A stretch of 64,000 bases of DNA from Thermoplasmata archaeon (GTDB lineage: Archaea; Thermoplasmatota; Thermoplasmata; Lutacidiplasmatales; UBA184). The stretch spans positions 64,001-128,000 of the forward strand of contig JAGWLG010000001.1 of assembly GCA_028864975.1 (NCBI GenBank), written 5' to 3'. Both the position numbers and the translations under genes were made by a program. Of the stretch, positions 26,661 to 34,842 are shown one piece after another. Position 1 is the first letter of the stretch; every line of letters starts with the position of its first letter. The notes beneath the pieces were generated by a model. That model was given only the letters and a program-made list of their open reading frames with translations. It was not told the origin of the DNA and searched no databases.

Positions 26661-28079
26661 TCATCCCCCACCGCGCGCCTGCGGACCGGTCATCGGGCGG
26701 CATCCGTGGGCGACGATGTAGTCGTCGCCGTTCCACTCCGCGGCCCCGTGGTCCTCGTAGAGATCGGTCTCGTAGACCGTCACGTCGTTGATGGGGTCGT
26801 AGAAGACCGTGTAGCCGGTCTGATTGTCGTACCAGAAGACCACGGACGGGCCGAGGAGGTAGTGGAGGCTCGCGAGCTGGCTCTTGGGGATGCTCGCGTT
26901 GTCGTGTCCGCACGAAAGCGAGGACGCGGTCAGGCTTCCGACCCCCACCGCCGGCGCGGGAGGGGTCGCGGCAAAGGCGTACCCCAGGAGGATCAGGCCA
27001 AGCGTCGAGGCCAGGACCCCCTCGGAGAAGCCCCAACGAGCTCGGTTCCGCTGGGACCCCAACCTCAGGAGCGAACGGGACCGCGCCCCTTTCGAGCGGG
27101 CGGCGGACGACTTCGCTTCGGTCGTGTCCGACCTGGGGCGTCGGAGCAGGATTCCGAAGAGGTTGCCGATCGCCAAGGCGATCAGGAGGCTGAAGGGTCC
27201 TATCGTCGTCTGGGCCCCCAAGGCCGGGACCGTGATGGTGAGAAGGGCCGCGACGGCCCCGACGATGCCCCCGTAGAGGGGCCACGCGTGCGGAGCGGAT
27301 GGCGCGGTCCTCGGTTCGACGACCATGAAGAGGGCGAAGAATAGCGTCGCCGGGTCGACGACCTCGTTCAGGAGGATGGGAAGGGTGAAGCCTTGTCCCA
27401 TCACGGCGAACGACAGTGCGCGTTGCACGGTGACCCCCGCAGCATAGGTCGCGAAGAACGCGGCCGGGAGGGTCCATCTTCGCCAGGTCCGGGCATTCAC
27501 CAGGATACCTCCCACCACGAAGACCGGAAAGAAGGTCCCGGGGGAGAGCTGCGGCCCGATCGTGCCCCACCACGCGGGGGCGAGGCCTAGGACTGCCCCC
27601 CCCAGCAGCATCGCCGACGCCGCAGGATTCAGAATTGGGTGGGAGCGCCAACGAAGGACGTGCTTTCCCAAGATCGCGATCACGGAAAGGATCGCCCCAT
27701 CGAGTAGCAACGGGGCGCCGGGTCCGATGCCACTGCCCTGGGGTGGAAGCACGAGCGCGACGAAGAGGCCGGTCGCCATCCCGTTCCAAGGAACGCGCCA
27801 GGCCCCCCACCGGTATCGGGCGATGATCACGTCGGCGCCCCCGGAGGCGAGCGGAAAGAGCCCGAGCTGGGCGAGGGCCAGTCCTGGCCCGGTAGGTCCC
27901 ATGAAGAATGCGGCCTGGACGCCCGCAGCACCGAGAACCAGAACGAGGAGGCGGACCTGGCTCAGCCAGGGGGGCCAAGACGGCCACCAAGTGGGCAGCC
28001 CACGCCAGGCTTTCCCGCGCGGGCGGGTGGGGCCGGACCGGTCCGTGGCCCCCTCCGAGGCTTCGCCCTCCGAACCCAT
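26661..28079 (-). CDS. Stand-alone RnfD/NqrB-like membrane protein with extra C-terminal extracellular domain
   Basis: TGLFVALVLP, KHVLRWRSHPILNPAA, WWG, FFALFMVVEPRTAP. Confidence 0.8.
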   Translation of the reverse strand: MGSEGEASEGATDRSGPTRPRGKAWRGLPTWWPSWPPWLSQVRLLVLVLGAAGVQAAFFMGPTGPGLALAQLGLFPLASGGADVIIARYRWGAWRVPWNGMATGLFVALVLPPQGSGIGPGAPLLLDGAILSVIAILGKHVLRWRSHPILNPAASAMLLGGAVLGLAPAWWGTIGPQLSPGTFFPVFVVGGILVNARTWRRWTLPAAFFATYAAGVTVQRALSFAVMGQGFTLPILLNEVVDPATLFFALFMVVEPRTAPSAPHAWPLYGGIVGAVAALLTITVPALGAQTTIGPFSLLIALAIGNLFGILLRRPRSDTTEAKSSAARSKGARSRSLLRLGSQRNRARWGFSEGVLASTLGLILLGYAFAATPPAPAVGVGSLTASSLSCGHDNASIPKSQLASLHYLLGPSVVFWYDNQTGYTVFYDPINDVTVYETDLYEDHGAAEWNGDDYIVAHGCRPMTGPQARGGG

Positions 28080-28149
28080 TCGAAGAGCCCAAGGGGACGA
28101 GGCTCGATAAGCCTCCCTGGCGCTGGCTTCGTGGTCGGGGGTCTCGCTC

Positions 28150-28893
28150 TTACTTCGGGGCGGGCTCTTGGTCCGCGGCCGTGTTGGGCGGGCTCTGCCC
28201 CCTTAGCAGCCGCAGCCCATAGGCGATCGCCCACACGATCACGGGCGCCACGATCATGCGCTCGAAGAACCCGGAGATGCCGAGACCTATCCCGAAGAGG
28301 GGGATGGAGACCAGATCGACGACGCCGCCCAGAGAGGTCAGCAGCGAGAACGTGGGCCCCTCTCCCGTCTTGCGGAACCCCCGCCCCAGGGCGATGAGGC
28401 CCAAGCCACCGAAAACGAAGGCGACCAGTGCGAAGAACCCGTGCCAGAAGTGAGTGTACTCGGGGAAGATGCCCACGCCCATCGCTCCGCCCCCCGCGAG
28501 CATCAGTAGGACGACGCCTATGCGGAGGGACCGCCGACGCGGAAGGAGCTGCCAGAGAAGGAGCGCCGCCACCAGGGCCGCCACACCGATCACGAAGACC
28601 GAGATGTCGAATGCGATCCCGTAGCCCAAGGCGCAGTATCCGCCCAGGTCGCTGATCGCGTTCTCGAGGGGATTGTACGGGTAGCTGCAGCCTGAGTAGT
28701 GTGCCCCCACAGGCCAGCTGTGGGGCCAAAGCGCCTCCTCGACGGCCATCTCGACCACGAATTGAGCGCCCCCCACGAGCAGGACCAGTCCGGCGACCAG
28801 GCTGAGAAGATCGCGGGACCGGGGGGCCGAAGGGCCCGGAACCTCCTCGCGAGAGCTCTTCGGCTCGGCCCCCGCGTCTGTACCCTCGGGCAT
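28150..28893 (-). CDS. DUF998 family membrane protein
   Basis: YNPLENAISDLG, GVGIFPE..WHGFFALVAF, GFFERM; ATG 28893. Confidence 0.8.
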   Translation of the reverse strand: MPEGTDAGAEPKSSREEVPGPSAPRSRDLLSLVAGLVLLVGGAQFVVEMAVEEALWPHSWPVGAHYSGCSYPYNPLENAISDLGGYCALGYGIAFDISVFVIGVAALVAALLLWQLLPRRRSLRIGVVLLMLAGGGAMGVGIFPEYTHFWHGFFALVAFVFGGLGLIALGRGFRKTGEGPTFSLLTSLGGVVDLVSIPLFGIGLGISGFFERMIVAPVIVWAIAYGLRLLRGQSPPNTAADQEPAPK

Positions 28894-28940
28894 CCCGCCG
28901 TGCAGGGGCTCGAGCGGATTAGGATGACGCCGAGGAGCTC

Positions 28941-29300
28941 TCAGCTTCCCTCGACATAGCCTTCGGTCGGTCCCAAGAAGCTCCGCATCTTCCAGTAGGT
29001 CTGAAGGAACTCGTACCCTCTCCGCGTGAGACGCCACGAGGAGACCTCGCCCGCCTCTTTCGAAGCCAACCCCAGCCGGACCAGGACCGCAAGGGCGATC
29101 CGGGTGCGATCCACCGGCATCCCGACCGCATAGGACAGCCTCGTCACGCGCGTCGGTCCTCCGCTCCGACGCAGGACCTCGAGGACCTCCGCATAGAGGT
29201 CGACCGGAGATCGCCGCGGACCGAAAGGTCCCGATCTCGCGTTCCCGTAGGGGGACGGCGGCGGGGGCTCCTGCGGGGGCTCCGCGGAGGCCGGGGGCAT
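28941..29300 (-). CDS. Archaeal winged-helix transcriptional regulator (COG3432-like)
   Basis: RRSPVDLYAEVLEVL..TRLSYAVGM..LVRLGL..WRLTRRGYEFL. Confidence 0.8.
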   Translation of the reverse strand: MPPASAEPPQEPPPPSPYGNARSGPFGPRRSPVDLYAEVLEVLRRSGGPTRVTRLSYAVGMPVDRTRIALAVLVRLGLASKEAGEVSSWRLTRRGYEFLQTYWKMRSFLGPTEGYVEGS

Positions 29301-29309
29301 CGGGGCGTC

Positions 29310-30467
29310 CTACAGAGGGGCGTTCGGGAGCTGGGCGACCTTCTGCGGTGGGCTCGCGAGTCGGGCGTCGGCGTCGACGTTCAGGCGGCCGGTGTACTGC
29401 ACCACCCCATCGACCCGGGCCTTCCGACCGATGTCCACGTCGCGGGCGTAGATGTTCCGGACGACGGTCTTGCGCTCGAGCCGGACCTCCTCTCCCCAGA
29501 TGTCCTCCGCCTCGGCCTCGTCATCGAGGGTGACAGTTCCACCGATCAAAGGCCCCCGCACTCGGGAGTCTTCGCCGACGTCGATGCGGGGGGCCTTGAG
29601 CCCGCCCCGAGTCTCGATGCTCCCGCCGACATCCACGCGCTCCTTCGCAACACCGTGGTCCGCCGTGAGCTTGCCCCCGACCTCCAAGCGGGTGGCCAGG
29701 ATCTCCTTCGTCACCTCGAGCTTGCCTCCGACCTCGATATCTCCACACTCCAGGGCATCGCTCCGCAGCAGTCCTCCTACCTCGATCTGCGGGCATCGGA
29801 GACGGCCCTTCACGCTCCCCATGCCCCCCACCTCAAGGGACCGGGAGAGCGTCAGGTCGCCGCCCGCGTCCAGGGCCCCTCCGACCTCAAGACGGTCGCC
29901 TTGCGCCGAACCCTGCAGGGAGATCTTCCCTCCAGCTTCGAGGCTCCCGAAGGTGAGGGGCCCCCGGACCTCGAGGATCCCCCCGACCTCGACCTGCAGC
30001 TGGACCTTGCCCCCCATGAGGACGATACGGCCTCCGACCTCGATGCTCTCCGCTTCCAGGGGCCCGCGCAGGTCGATCGAACCTCCCGCCTCCAGCGTCC
30101 GGACCGTGGTCGCTCCGTTCACCTCGAGGCGTCCCCCGAGCTCGGCGCGGTCGGCCTGCAGATTCCCTCCCACCACGAGCGAGCGTCCGACCTCGACCTC
30201 CCGGGCCGATAGGTTGCGCGCGACCCGGATCGACCCGTGGGACGACTCTACTCGGCCAGAGGCCGTCAGGTCCCCTTGGACCTGAAGGGCACCGCGCCGC
30301 AGCATGAGCGAGGCGCAGGAGAGGCTCCCCTCGACCGCGGCATCTCCTTCGAAGGCCACCTCGCCGCTGACCTGGATCCCCTCGGGCCCCTCTGGAACGA
30401 GGACATCTCCGTGCTCGACCTTCAGGTCCCCGGCGACCTTCCCCACTCGAATCGTTCTGCCCCGCAT
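29310..30467 (-). CDS. Bactofilin-like (polymer-forming cytoskeletal) beta-helix protein, long form
   Basis: About 13 repeats of about 17 aa centred on [ED][VAL]GG; C-terminus AEDIWGEEVRL..ARDVDIG..VQYTG. Confidence 0.75.
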   Translation of the reverse strand: MRGRTIRVGKVAGDLKVEHGDVLVPEGPEGIQVSGEVAFEGDAAVEGSLSCASLMLRRGALQVQGDLTASGRVESSHGSIRVARNLSAREVEVGRSLVVGGNLQADRAELGGRLEVNGATTVRTLEAGGSIDLRGPLEAESIEVGGRIVLMGGKVQLQVEVGGILEVRGPLTFGSLEAGGKISLQGSAQGDRLEVGGALDAGGDLTLSRSLEVGGMGSVKGRLRCPQIEVGGLLRSDALECGDIEVGGKLEVTKEILATRLEVGGKLTADHGVAKERVDVGGSIETRGGLKAPRIDVGEDSRVRGPLIGGTVTLDDEAEAEDIWGEEVRLERKTVVRNIYARDVDIGRKARVDGVVQYTGRLNVDADARLASPPQKVAQLPNAPL

Positions 30468-30606
30468 TTTCGGCGCTCCTCCTCGTCTCCTCGATCGGGG
30501 GACGGGTTCCGTCCCTTAACTACCCCGCTCACGAGGCGAACTAACAACCGGTGTGTAGCGGCCTTGAGCATGAGCTAAGAATGCCCAACTCTTCGGACAC
30601 TCTGCC

Positions 30607-31581
30607 ATGAGGAATGGAGGGGGCGAAGCGGTCCTCGAGGCACGGGACCTGACGAAGGTCTATGCCCCGCGTCGCGGGCAGCCCCCGGTCCACGCGAACC
30701 GGGGGATCTCCCTGACGGTCCACAAGGGCGAGGTGGTCGCGGTCCTCGGCCCCAACGGCGCAGGGAAGAGCACCTTCCTCCGGCAGGTCGCCGGCCAGCT
30801 GCTTCCGACCTCGGGAACGGTCCGCGTCTGCGGTATCGATGTGATCGCATCGCCGCTCGCCGCGAAGCGCTGCATGTCCGTCATTCCCCAGGAGTGTTCT
30901 CCTTACGACTCGCTCACCGTCGAAGAGCACGTCCGCTACTTCGGGATCATCAAAGGGATGGACCCGCGCACCGCCCCGGGGGAGACGTCCCGACTGCTTT
31001 CGGAGGTCGGCCTGACCGAACACCGGACCAAGCTCATTCGCGAGCTCTCCGGAGGGCTCAAGCGCCGAGTGTTGATCGCGCTCGCCCTGGCCGGCCCCGG
31101 CAACCAGCTCCTCCTCTTGGATGAGCCGACCACGGGGCTCGACCCCGCCTCCCGCCGGACGGTCTGGAAGGTCATCGAGTCCCTGGCGGGGAAGGGGCGG
31201 GGGGTGCTGCTCACCACCCACTACATCGACGAAGCGGAGTACCTGGCGGACCGGATCGTGATCATCGCCCAGGGACGGATCTTGGCCGAGGGGAGCCCCC
31301 TCGAGATCCAGTCTCGCTCGGCGTCCAAGGGCCGCCTGGACATCTACGATGTGGACCTTCTGAGCGCGGCCGCGAAGGCGGAGCTCGACTCGCTCAAAGG
31401 CGTGTGGCCTGTGAGCTTCGCCCGGGAGGACCACCTGCGCCTCGCCGTTCCGGACCCGTTCTCCCCTGAGGCGGTCGCGCGTCTCCAAGGACTCTCGGGT
31501 CTCGGCGTGAAGGCGACGCTCGCTCCCGCGTCGCTCGAGGACGCCTACCTCACCATCGCGGGGGAGATGCCCGAGACATGA
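30607..31581 (+). CDS. ABC-2 type exporter ATP-binding subunit
   Basis: Walker A GPNGAGKS, signature LSGGLKRR, Walker B LLLLDEPT, TTHY. Confidence 0.95.
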   Translation: MRNGGGEAVLEARDLTKVYAPRRGQPPVHANRGISLTVHKGEVVAVLGPNGAGKSTFLRQVAGQLLPTSGTVRVCGIDVIASPLAAKRCMSVIPQECSPYDSLTVEEHVRYFGIIKGMDPRTAPGETSRLLSEVGLTEHRTKLIRELSGGLKRRVLIALALAGPGNQLLLLDEPTTGLDPASRRTVWKVIESLAGKGRGVLLTTHYIDEAEYLADRIVIIAQGRILAEGSPLEIQSRSASKGRLDIYDVDLLSAAAKAELDSLKGVWPVSFAREDHLRLAVPDPFSPEAVARLQGLSGLGVKATLAPASLEDAYLTIAGEMPET

Positions 31582-32312
31582 ACGGCGTGTTCACCCAGCT
31601 GCGCGCCTGCATGACGCAGTTCTTCAAGTCCGCGCAGCGAGAGCTCGGCCTCATCCTGGCCTTCTTCCTGCTCTTCCCGCTGGGATTCCTCTTCTTCCTG
31701 TCGATCCTGGTCCAGCCAAGCTTCCGCCCCCAGATCCTGGTGGGTTCGATCATGATGGAGGTGGCGCTCATCAACATCAACGTCCTCGCTCAGTCGGTCG
31801 CCCAGGACAAACAGAGCCACTTCTTCGACCTCTGGGTCTCGTTCCCCGTGAGCCCGCTCGTCTACGTCCTCGGGAACGCGCTTCCGTGGCTCCCCGTCTC
31901 GCTCCTCACCGCCGGGGTCACGCTGGCCATGGGGATCTACCTCTTCGGCATTTCCGTGGCCGTCGCCCCCCTCCTCCTGCTCGTCGCCCTGGTCCTGATC
32001 TGGAGCTCGACGACCGGCATCGGGTATCTCGTGGCCGTCTACGGGGGGAACCCCCGCCAGGTGAACATGCTCGCCCAGTTCGTGGGTATCGTGATGACCT
32101 TCTTCGCGCCAATCTACTACCCTGTCACCGCCTTGCCCCTCGCGGCCCAGTACGTGGCCTACGCCTGGCCCCTCACGTGGGGGGCCATCCTCCTGAAGGC
32201 CCTCTTCGCTTCGAACCTCACCCAGGCCGCGATCGCGATCCTCGTGCTCTCGCTCTACACCGCGGCAGGGTATGCCCTGATCGCGCTCGGGCTGCGCTGG
32301 CGCGCCAAGTGA
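31578..32312 (+). CDS. ABC-2 type exporter permease
   Basis: Six TM helices, FFAPIYYPVTALP..YAWPLTW; ATGA overlap with the ATPase. Confidence 0.9.
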   Translation: MNGVFTQLRACMTQFFKSAQRELGLILAFFLLFPLGFLFFLSILVQPSFRPQILVGSIMMEVALININVLAQSVAQDKQSHFFDLWVSFPVSPLVYVLGNALPWLPVSLLTAGVTLAMGIYLFGISVAVAPLLLLVALVLIWSSTTGIGYLVAVYGGNPRQVNMLAQFVGIVMTFFAPIYYPVTALPLAAQYVAYAWPLTWGAILLKALFASNLTQAAIAILVLSLYTAAGYALIALGLRWRAK

Positions 32313-32330
32313 GCGTACTGGGGGACTCCG

Positions 32331-33008
32331 CTAAAGGAGGGGTCCGCTCACGCTGACCGTGTAGGGGATCTTCGAGCCGCTCTGGTACCCGCTCAGGATG
32401 GCGCCGACGACCGAGTAGGTCCCAGTAGTCGTAGTGGTGAAGGTGCAGCTTCCCGAGGCGGCCCCGGTGCTCGCCGCGGGGCTCGAGCAGGTGATGTTCG
32501 AGTAGGTCTGCAGGTCGTGATAGCAGCTCCCCAGGAGGGTACACGCGCCCTGGATCACCACGATGCCCCCCATGGCGGTCGAGGGAGTGGTGCTCCAAGA
32601 GATGACCACCGAGCCCGAGGCGCTCAGGTTGAACTGGCTCTCACCGATCCCCTGTCCGCTCTGGCCGTTGGAGAACGTGTACACGGTGCCGGACGTGGAG
32701 CCCCGGCCCAACGGGACCAGGAAGAGTACCAGGAGCGCGACGACCGCCACCACGGCGACGACCACGACCGCGGCGATCTTCTTTCGGCTCTTCTTAGGAG
32801 GCGGTTGCCCCATGGGGGGGTACCCGGGGTAGCCCTGCGGTGGGTACCCCTGGGGGGGATACCCGTAGTCCTGTCCTCCGTACTGCGGGCCGGGGCCATA
32901 GGCGGGCGCGTAGCCCTGGCCACCGGACGGGTCGTAGTAGCCCGGCGGCGCGTAGGGGTCCCCCGTCGGGGGATCGCCGGCCAATTCAGCGCCCTCCGCC
33001 CAGGGCAT
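32331..33008 (-). CDS. Bitopic membrane protein with Tyr/Pro/Gly/Gln-rich cytoplasmic N-terminus and Cys-containing extracellular domain
   Basis: YPPQGYPPQGYPGYPP, KKSRKK followed by TM IAAVVVVAVVAVVALLVLFLV, Ser/Thr-rich beta domain with 4 Cys. Confidence 0.7.
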   Translation of the reverse strand: MPWAEGAELAGDPPTGDPYAPPGYYDPSGGQGYAPAYGPGPQYGGQDYGYPPQGYPPQGYPGYPPMGQPPPKKSRKKIAAVVVVAVVAVVALLVLFLVPLGRGSTSGTVYTFSNGQSGQGIGESQFNLSASGSVVISWSTTPSTAMGGIVVIQGACTLLGSCYHDLQTYSNITCSSPAASTGAASGSCTFTTTTTGTYSVVGAILSGYQSGSKIPYTVSVSGPLL

Positions 33009-33408
33009 CCTTCTGCTCGAACTCCGCCTTGCGGAAGAAGGAACGGGAGAACCCCAGGAGCATGACCCCGACGCTGATCAGGATCACTCCGTAGCCGATC
33101 ATGTCGAAGATCCCCTGGAGGGCGCTCTGGCTGCAGCTGTTGCTGGTGTAGGCGCACCCCATGTACTGGAGCCAGAAGGTCCCCTCGAGGATGCCGCCCA
33201 CCCCGGCAATCACCGACCCCAGGAGGCCGAAGAGGAAGGCGAGCATCGCCTTCTTCCCCCGTCCGGACCCGGGCGAGGCATAGGCGGCAGCGGGTGCGGC
33301 GTAGGGGGCCCGGGCGGGCCATCCCTGCGCCCCCCCTCCGTAACCGGGTTGTTGGGCGTAGCCTCCTTGCGTGGCGTACGCTTCCTGGGGGTATTGCGCT
33401 GCGGCCAT
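32986..33408 (-). CDS. Small 2-TM protein with Tyr/Ala/Gly/Gln-rich N-terminus
   Basis: ATG 33408: MAAAQYPQEAYATQGGYAQQPGY..; TM-CAYTSNSC-TM. Confidence 0.65.
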   Translation of the reverse strand: MAAAQYPQEAYATQGGYAQQPGYGGGAQGWPARAPYAAPAAAYASPGSGRGKKAMLAFLFGLLGSVIAGVGGILEGTFWLQYMGCAYTSNSCSQSALQGIFDMIGYGVILISVGVMLLGFSRSFFRKAEFEQKDALGGGR

Positions 33409-33579
33409 TACTCCGATCCTCATCGAACGCACGGTTCTCACGCTATTTGAATCGATTCCAGCATCGGCGAGGGGTCCGGTGCCATCGGAGTTTCGCTTGG
33501 TCTGCGCCGGCGAACGACGGCCTTGCGCGGCTTCACGAACCCGTGGAGGGGACGGTGGCAAGGGTAGATATGTATATGT

Positions 33580-33595
33580 ATATTCATATGAATAT
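33580..33595. promoter_or_regulatory. Perfect 16-bp palindrome ATATTCATATGAATAT, putative vapBC autoregulatory operator
   Basis: Self-complementary, 9 nt upstream of the antitoxin ATG, within an AT-rich promoter. Confidence 0.65.
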
Positions 33596-33604
33596 CGCAC
33601 CACT

Positions 33605-33826
33605 ATGACCTCCAAGACCCTGATGATCCGACGGCCGGTCTACGACGCCCTCCGAGAAGAGAAGCGGAAGGGGGAGAGCTTCTCGAAGGTGATCGAGCGG
33701 CTTCTCTCGCGGCGCCACGCTCTGGAGTCGCTCTTCGGGATCTGGGGGGTCGGCCGCCGCCGAGGACCCCGCTCTGGTGCGGCGAAGGCGTCGGCCCGAA
33801 GGCGGGCCGCGGGAGGGCGGCTGTGA
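33605..33826 (+). CDS. vapB: VapB-type antitoxin (DUF217/UPF0330-like)
   Basis: MTSKTLMIRRPVYDALREEKRKGESFSKVIERLL matches KTIxI..VY..L...K..GESFSxVI.RL. Confidence 0.8.
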   Translation: MTSKTLMIRRPVYDALREEKRKGESFSKVIERLLSRRHALESLFGIWGVGRRRGPRSGAAKASARRRAAGGRL

Positions 33827-34269
33827 AGTGCCTGGACACTCCCCTGCTCGAGGACCTGTTGATGGGCCGTCCGTCCTCGAGAAGGTGGATGGGCGCCCTC
33901 AAAGGGAGCGCCGAGCTCGCGACGACCGAGGTCAACCTGTTCGAGCTGACCCTTGTGGCGTTGAGGGGCCCTCGTCGGACGTGGACCCCCCGGCTCCGCT
34001 CTCTCGAGGAGGTGCGCAGGGCGCTCACCCTCCTCCCCCTCGATGCCGAGGCTTCCCGGAGGGCTGCCGGTATCCTTCAGCGGGGTCGAGGTGCTGCCGG
34101 GGGTCTCCTCCCCCTGGTCGTAGGGGTCTGCCTTGCCCATGGGGTGGGGGAGCTCTATACGACCCGGCAGCGGAAGGTGCCGAGAAATGTGGCCCCGCTC
34201 AGGATCGTCCATGTCGGACATTCGAACCCCGTTTCCCCGACAAAGAGGGCCCGTACTGCTGACCTGTGA
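33823..34269 (+). CDS. vapC: PIN-domain VapC-like toxin, active site partly degenerate
   Basis: CLDT, TTEVNLFEL, LLPLDAEASRRAA; GTGA overlap with the antitoxin. Confidence 0.7.
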   Translation: MKCLDTPLLEDLLMGRPSSRRWMGALKGSAELATTEVNLFELTLVALRGPRRTWTPRLRSLEEVRRALTLLPLDAEASRRAAGILQRGRGAAGGLLPLVVGVCLAHGVGELYTTRQRKVPRNVAPLRIVHVGHSNPVSPTKRARTADL

Positions 34270-34279
34270 CCCCCCTCTG

Positions 34280-34700
34280 AGGGCCATTTGTCATACATTC
34301 TATCTTCAGTAAAGCATGTATCGTTACTATATGTCTGTGGAAAGCATTCGCTGTAGTTCTTAGGGGTCCAATTGCCGTATAACTGCTGTTATACGGACCC
34401 TCGAGGGGGGCGTGAAGAAAGGGGGGTTTGGCCCTTGGGAGGCTCCTGCCTACGTGCGACCGCCCGTTCGGGGCTGGGAGGGGCCTTTCTGTCGTTCCTC
34501 CTCGAGGATCCTCTCATTGAGTTACGGTCAATGCTTGTCTGTATCTCACTGTAGCGGTCCATACGTTTCTCAGGAGCGTATTTTCCGTGCATGTGAGCAG
34601 ATCAGGGTTCCGGGCCGGGAAAAGTATTTTTGTGATATATTGTTGCCTTCTAATAATATAAATCAATAAAACAAAAACGGCAACTCGTTGACGCGTGAAC
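34280..34700. other. AT-rich non-coding island with inverted repeats
   Basis: 34621-34680 has 13 G+C in 60 nt; IR CCGTATAAC-4-GTTATACGG at 34375-34396; GTTGCC/GGCAAC flanking a 31-nt A/T tract. Confidence 0.7.
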
Positions 34701-34842
34701 GAATTCGACCGGACGTCGCCCACCGCCCCTCCTACCCACCTCTTCGTCCCGGTTCACCCGGGGCGGGGTCGAGCAATTGCATTCAAATCCGTGCGAGCGC
34801 TCGGACCCGCGTGCGGTACGAGGCGGTCGTGCGCACGCTCCG

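Noticed and set aside
34330-34440. ORB-like words (CTGTGGAAAG, G-string) as a canonical oriC
   Set aside because: Poor match to the ORB consensus, not repeated, and no cdc6/orc1 nearby; retained only as a generic AT-rich island finding
34782-34790. TTCAAATCC, identical to the tRNA-Leu T-loop
   Set aside because: No T-stem or acceptor stem around it; the 9-bp match is too short for an att site or tRNA
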